From positions 531 through 64,530 of the forward strand of contig CAMNQN010000001.1 in the NCBI GenBank assembly GCA_946549155.1: 64,000 bases of DNA, given 5' to 3'. Positions 62,711-64,000 of the stretch are shown here, one piece after another; the first letter of the stretch is position 1, and each line of letters starts with the position of its first letter. The position numbers were made by a program, and so were the translations under genes. Under the pieces are notes generated by a model. It was not told the origin of the DNA and did no database searches. It was given only the letters and a program-made list of their open reading frames with translations. This stretch comes from an uncultured Lachnospiraceae bacterium. Lineage in GTDB: Bacteria > Bacillota > Clostridia > Lachnospirales > Lachnospiraceae.

Positions 62711-63964
62711 TCACACATACAGATAATCATTTAAGACGGGCTGCAGGCCTTCCTCTGTAATCTCCCGGTACATCCGGTCAAGACTGCGGTTATCGTTGAT
62801 TTCAAACTGCTCGTCGCCTTCGGCATCGGCGGATTCTTTGCCAGTGTATTTGCTTTCGTGATCTCCGATACCGGTAGACACCCCTGCGGAAACCTTCGTT
62901 GCGGCAATCTTTACAATACCGTTGCGGAACTTAGCGCTTTCCCGGGAGGATACCGTAATTCCCACATAAGGCAGGAAAATGCGGTAGGCGCAAAGTACCT
63001 GACAAAGCTGTTTTTCCTGAACATCCAGGGGATTGATTTTATCATTGTTGATAATCGGCCGGAGCCTTGGACAGGACAGGGACATTTCAGCGTAAGGATA
63101 TTTCCTCTGCAAATAATAGACATGCAGGGCACTTGCCAGGGCATCCTTGCGGAAGTCCGAAAGTCCCAGCAGCGCGGAAAACGCAACGCCTCTCATCCCG
63201 CCGCGAAGCGCCCGCTCCTGGGCATCAAAGCGGTAGGGCCACACACGCTTGTGCCCCAGCAGATGGAGCTGTTCGTACTTATCGGTGTCGTAGGTCTCCT
63301 GGAAGACGGTTACATAGTCCGCACCGCATTCGTGGAGATACTTATATTCGTCGGTATTGACCGGATAGATCTCGAGACCAACCATACGGAAATAGTTTCG
63401 TGCCAGTTTACAGGCTTCACCGATGTATTCCACATTGCTCTGGCCTCTGCTCTCGCCGGTAAGAATCAGGATTTCCTCCATACCGCTGTCGGCAATGACC
63501 TTCATCTCCTTTTCCATCTGCTCCTGTGACAGCCTCATGCGCTTAATATGGTTGTAGCAGTTAAAACCGCAGTATACACAGTAATTTTCGCAGTAATTTG
63601 CGATGTAAAGAGGCGTAAAAAGATAGACGGTATTGCCAAAATGTTTACTGGTTTCCAGTCTTGCTTTTTGTGCCATCTGCTCTAAAAACGGCTCTGCCGC
63701 AGGGGAAAGGAGGGCCTTGAAGTCCTCAACCGTGCAGGTGTCGTGCTCCAGAGCCGCCCTTACATCAGAGGCGGTGTATTTTGAATAGTCATAAGAGTTC
63801 CTCTGTGCCATTACGTTTGCACAGACGTCCGACTCAATGATTTCCATTCCCGGCAGATATTCCATATGGTTTTTGCGGCAGGACGGATCGGTTTCAAGAC
63901 GGTGCTTTTTTTCAAGTGCTTCCGGTGACAAATATTCTGAATCTACAAAAAATTGATTTTCCAT
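62711..63964 (-). CDS. thiH: 2-iminoacetate synthase (radical SAM tyrosine lyase)
   Basis: CENYCVYCGF radical-SAM cluster motif. Size and thi operon context fit. ATG 63964 lies 6 nt after AAGGTG. Confidence 0.75.
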   Translation of the reverse strand: MENQFFVDSEYLSPEALEKKHRLETDPSCRKNHMEYLPGMEIIESDVCANVMAQRNSYDYSKYTASDVRAALEHDTCTVEDFKALLSPAAEPFLEQMAQKARLETSKHFGNTVYLFTPLYIANYCENYCVYCGFNCYNHIKRMRLSQEQMEKEMKVIADSGMEEILILTGESRGQSNVEYIGEACKLARNYFRMVGLEIYPVNTDEYKYLHECGADYVTVFQETYDTDKYEQLHLLGHKRVWPYRFDAQERALRGGMRGVAFSALLGLSDFRKDALASALHVYYLQRKYPYAEMSLSCPRLRPIINNDKINPLDVQEKQLCQVLCAYRIFLPYVGITVSSRESAKFRNGIVKIAATKVSAGVSTGIGDHESKYTGKESADAEGDEQFEINDNRSLDRMYREITEEGLQPVLNDYLYV

Positions 63965-64000
63965 ACGCTTCACCTTAATTCCTGAGAAAGCCGGTCAGAG

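Noticed and set aside
62858-63529. 223-aa plus-strand ORF
   Set aside because: It is antisense to thiH, which has the radical-SAM CxxxCxxC motif and thi operon context.
1-64000. Search for tRNA, rRNA, CRISPR arrays, transposases, integrases and prophage genes
   Set aside because: No cloverleaf-like or rRNA-like segments were seen, and no spaced direct-repeat arrays. No DDE, serine or tyrosine recombinase motifs appeared in any sizeable ORF. The mosaic structure therefore cannot be attributed to a visible mobile element in this window.

Overview
64-kb window that looks like a Gram-positive anaerobe; the Clostridia/Lachnospiraceae assignment is a guess from protein flavour only. All family calls come from motif recognition by eye; no searches were run. 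About 48 plus-strand genes form a compositionally mosaic cell-envelope glycopolymer super-locus. A teichoic-acid block follows, and a minus-strand thiamine operon (thiH-thiE-thiD-cytX) sits at the right end. (i) 0.9-13.6 kb: an ABC-2 exporter whose ATPase is fused to UDP-galactopyranose mutase, a run of GT2/GT1 glycosyltransferases, DUF2142- and DUF2304-type membrane proteins, and a decayed AAA-ATPase_like/PD-(D/E)xK gene. (ii) ~13.6-30.1 kb, strongly AT-rich: mnaA, TuaH-like GTs, a second Wzm/Wzt exporter (Wzt with a C-terminal beta-sandwich), a 1212-aa methyltransferase-coiled coil-GT-GT protein, an LtaS-family enzyme, a GT-C gene carrying a G9 tract, GtrB copy 1, and a DltD/SGNH-like protein with an ILEI/PANDER-like tail. 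(iii) 30.1-37.5 kb: MBOAT, carrier protein, adenylating enzyme::nitroreductase fusion and a surface SGNH+Big_2 protein. Together these form a non-canonical Dlt-like acylation module. It is interrupted by a 1.6-kb low-GC three-gene cassette ending in a SecB-like gene with an in-frame TAA. (iv) 37.5-48.8 kb: GtrB copy 2 (a 935-bp collinear direct repeat of copy 1, offset 10,281 bp), two GtrC/GtrII-type genes plus a remnant, an AlbA_2/Schlafen-like protein, and GtrB copy 3. Next comes a promoter-equipped two-gene cassette (MmeI/PglX-like N6-adenine methyltransferase + small PD-(D/E)xK nuclease), then GtrA. (v) 48.9-59.4 kb: ribitol-phosphate teichoic-acid genes (tarI, tarJ, four TagB/TagF-family enzymes including a 1069-aa TagF-HAD-like-unknown fusion). 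No rRNA, tRNA, CRISPR array, transposase or integrase was seen.
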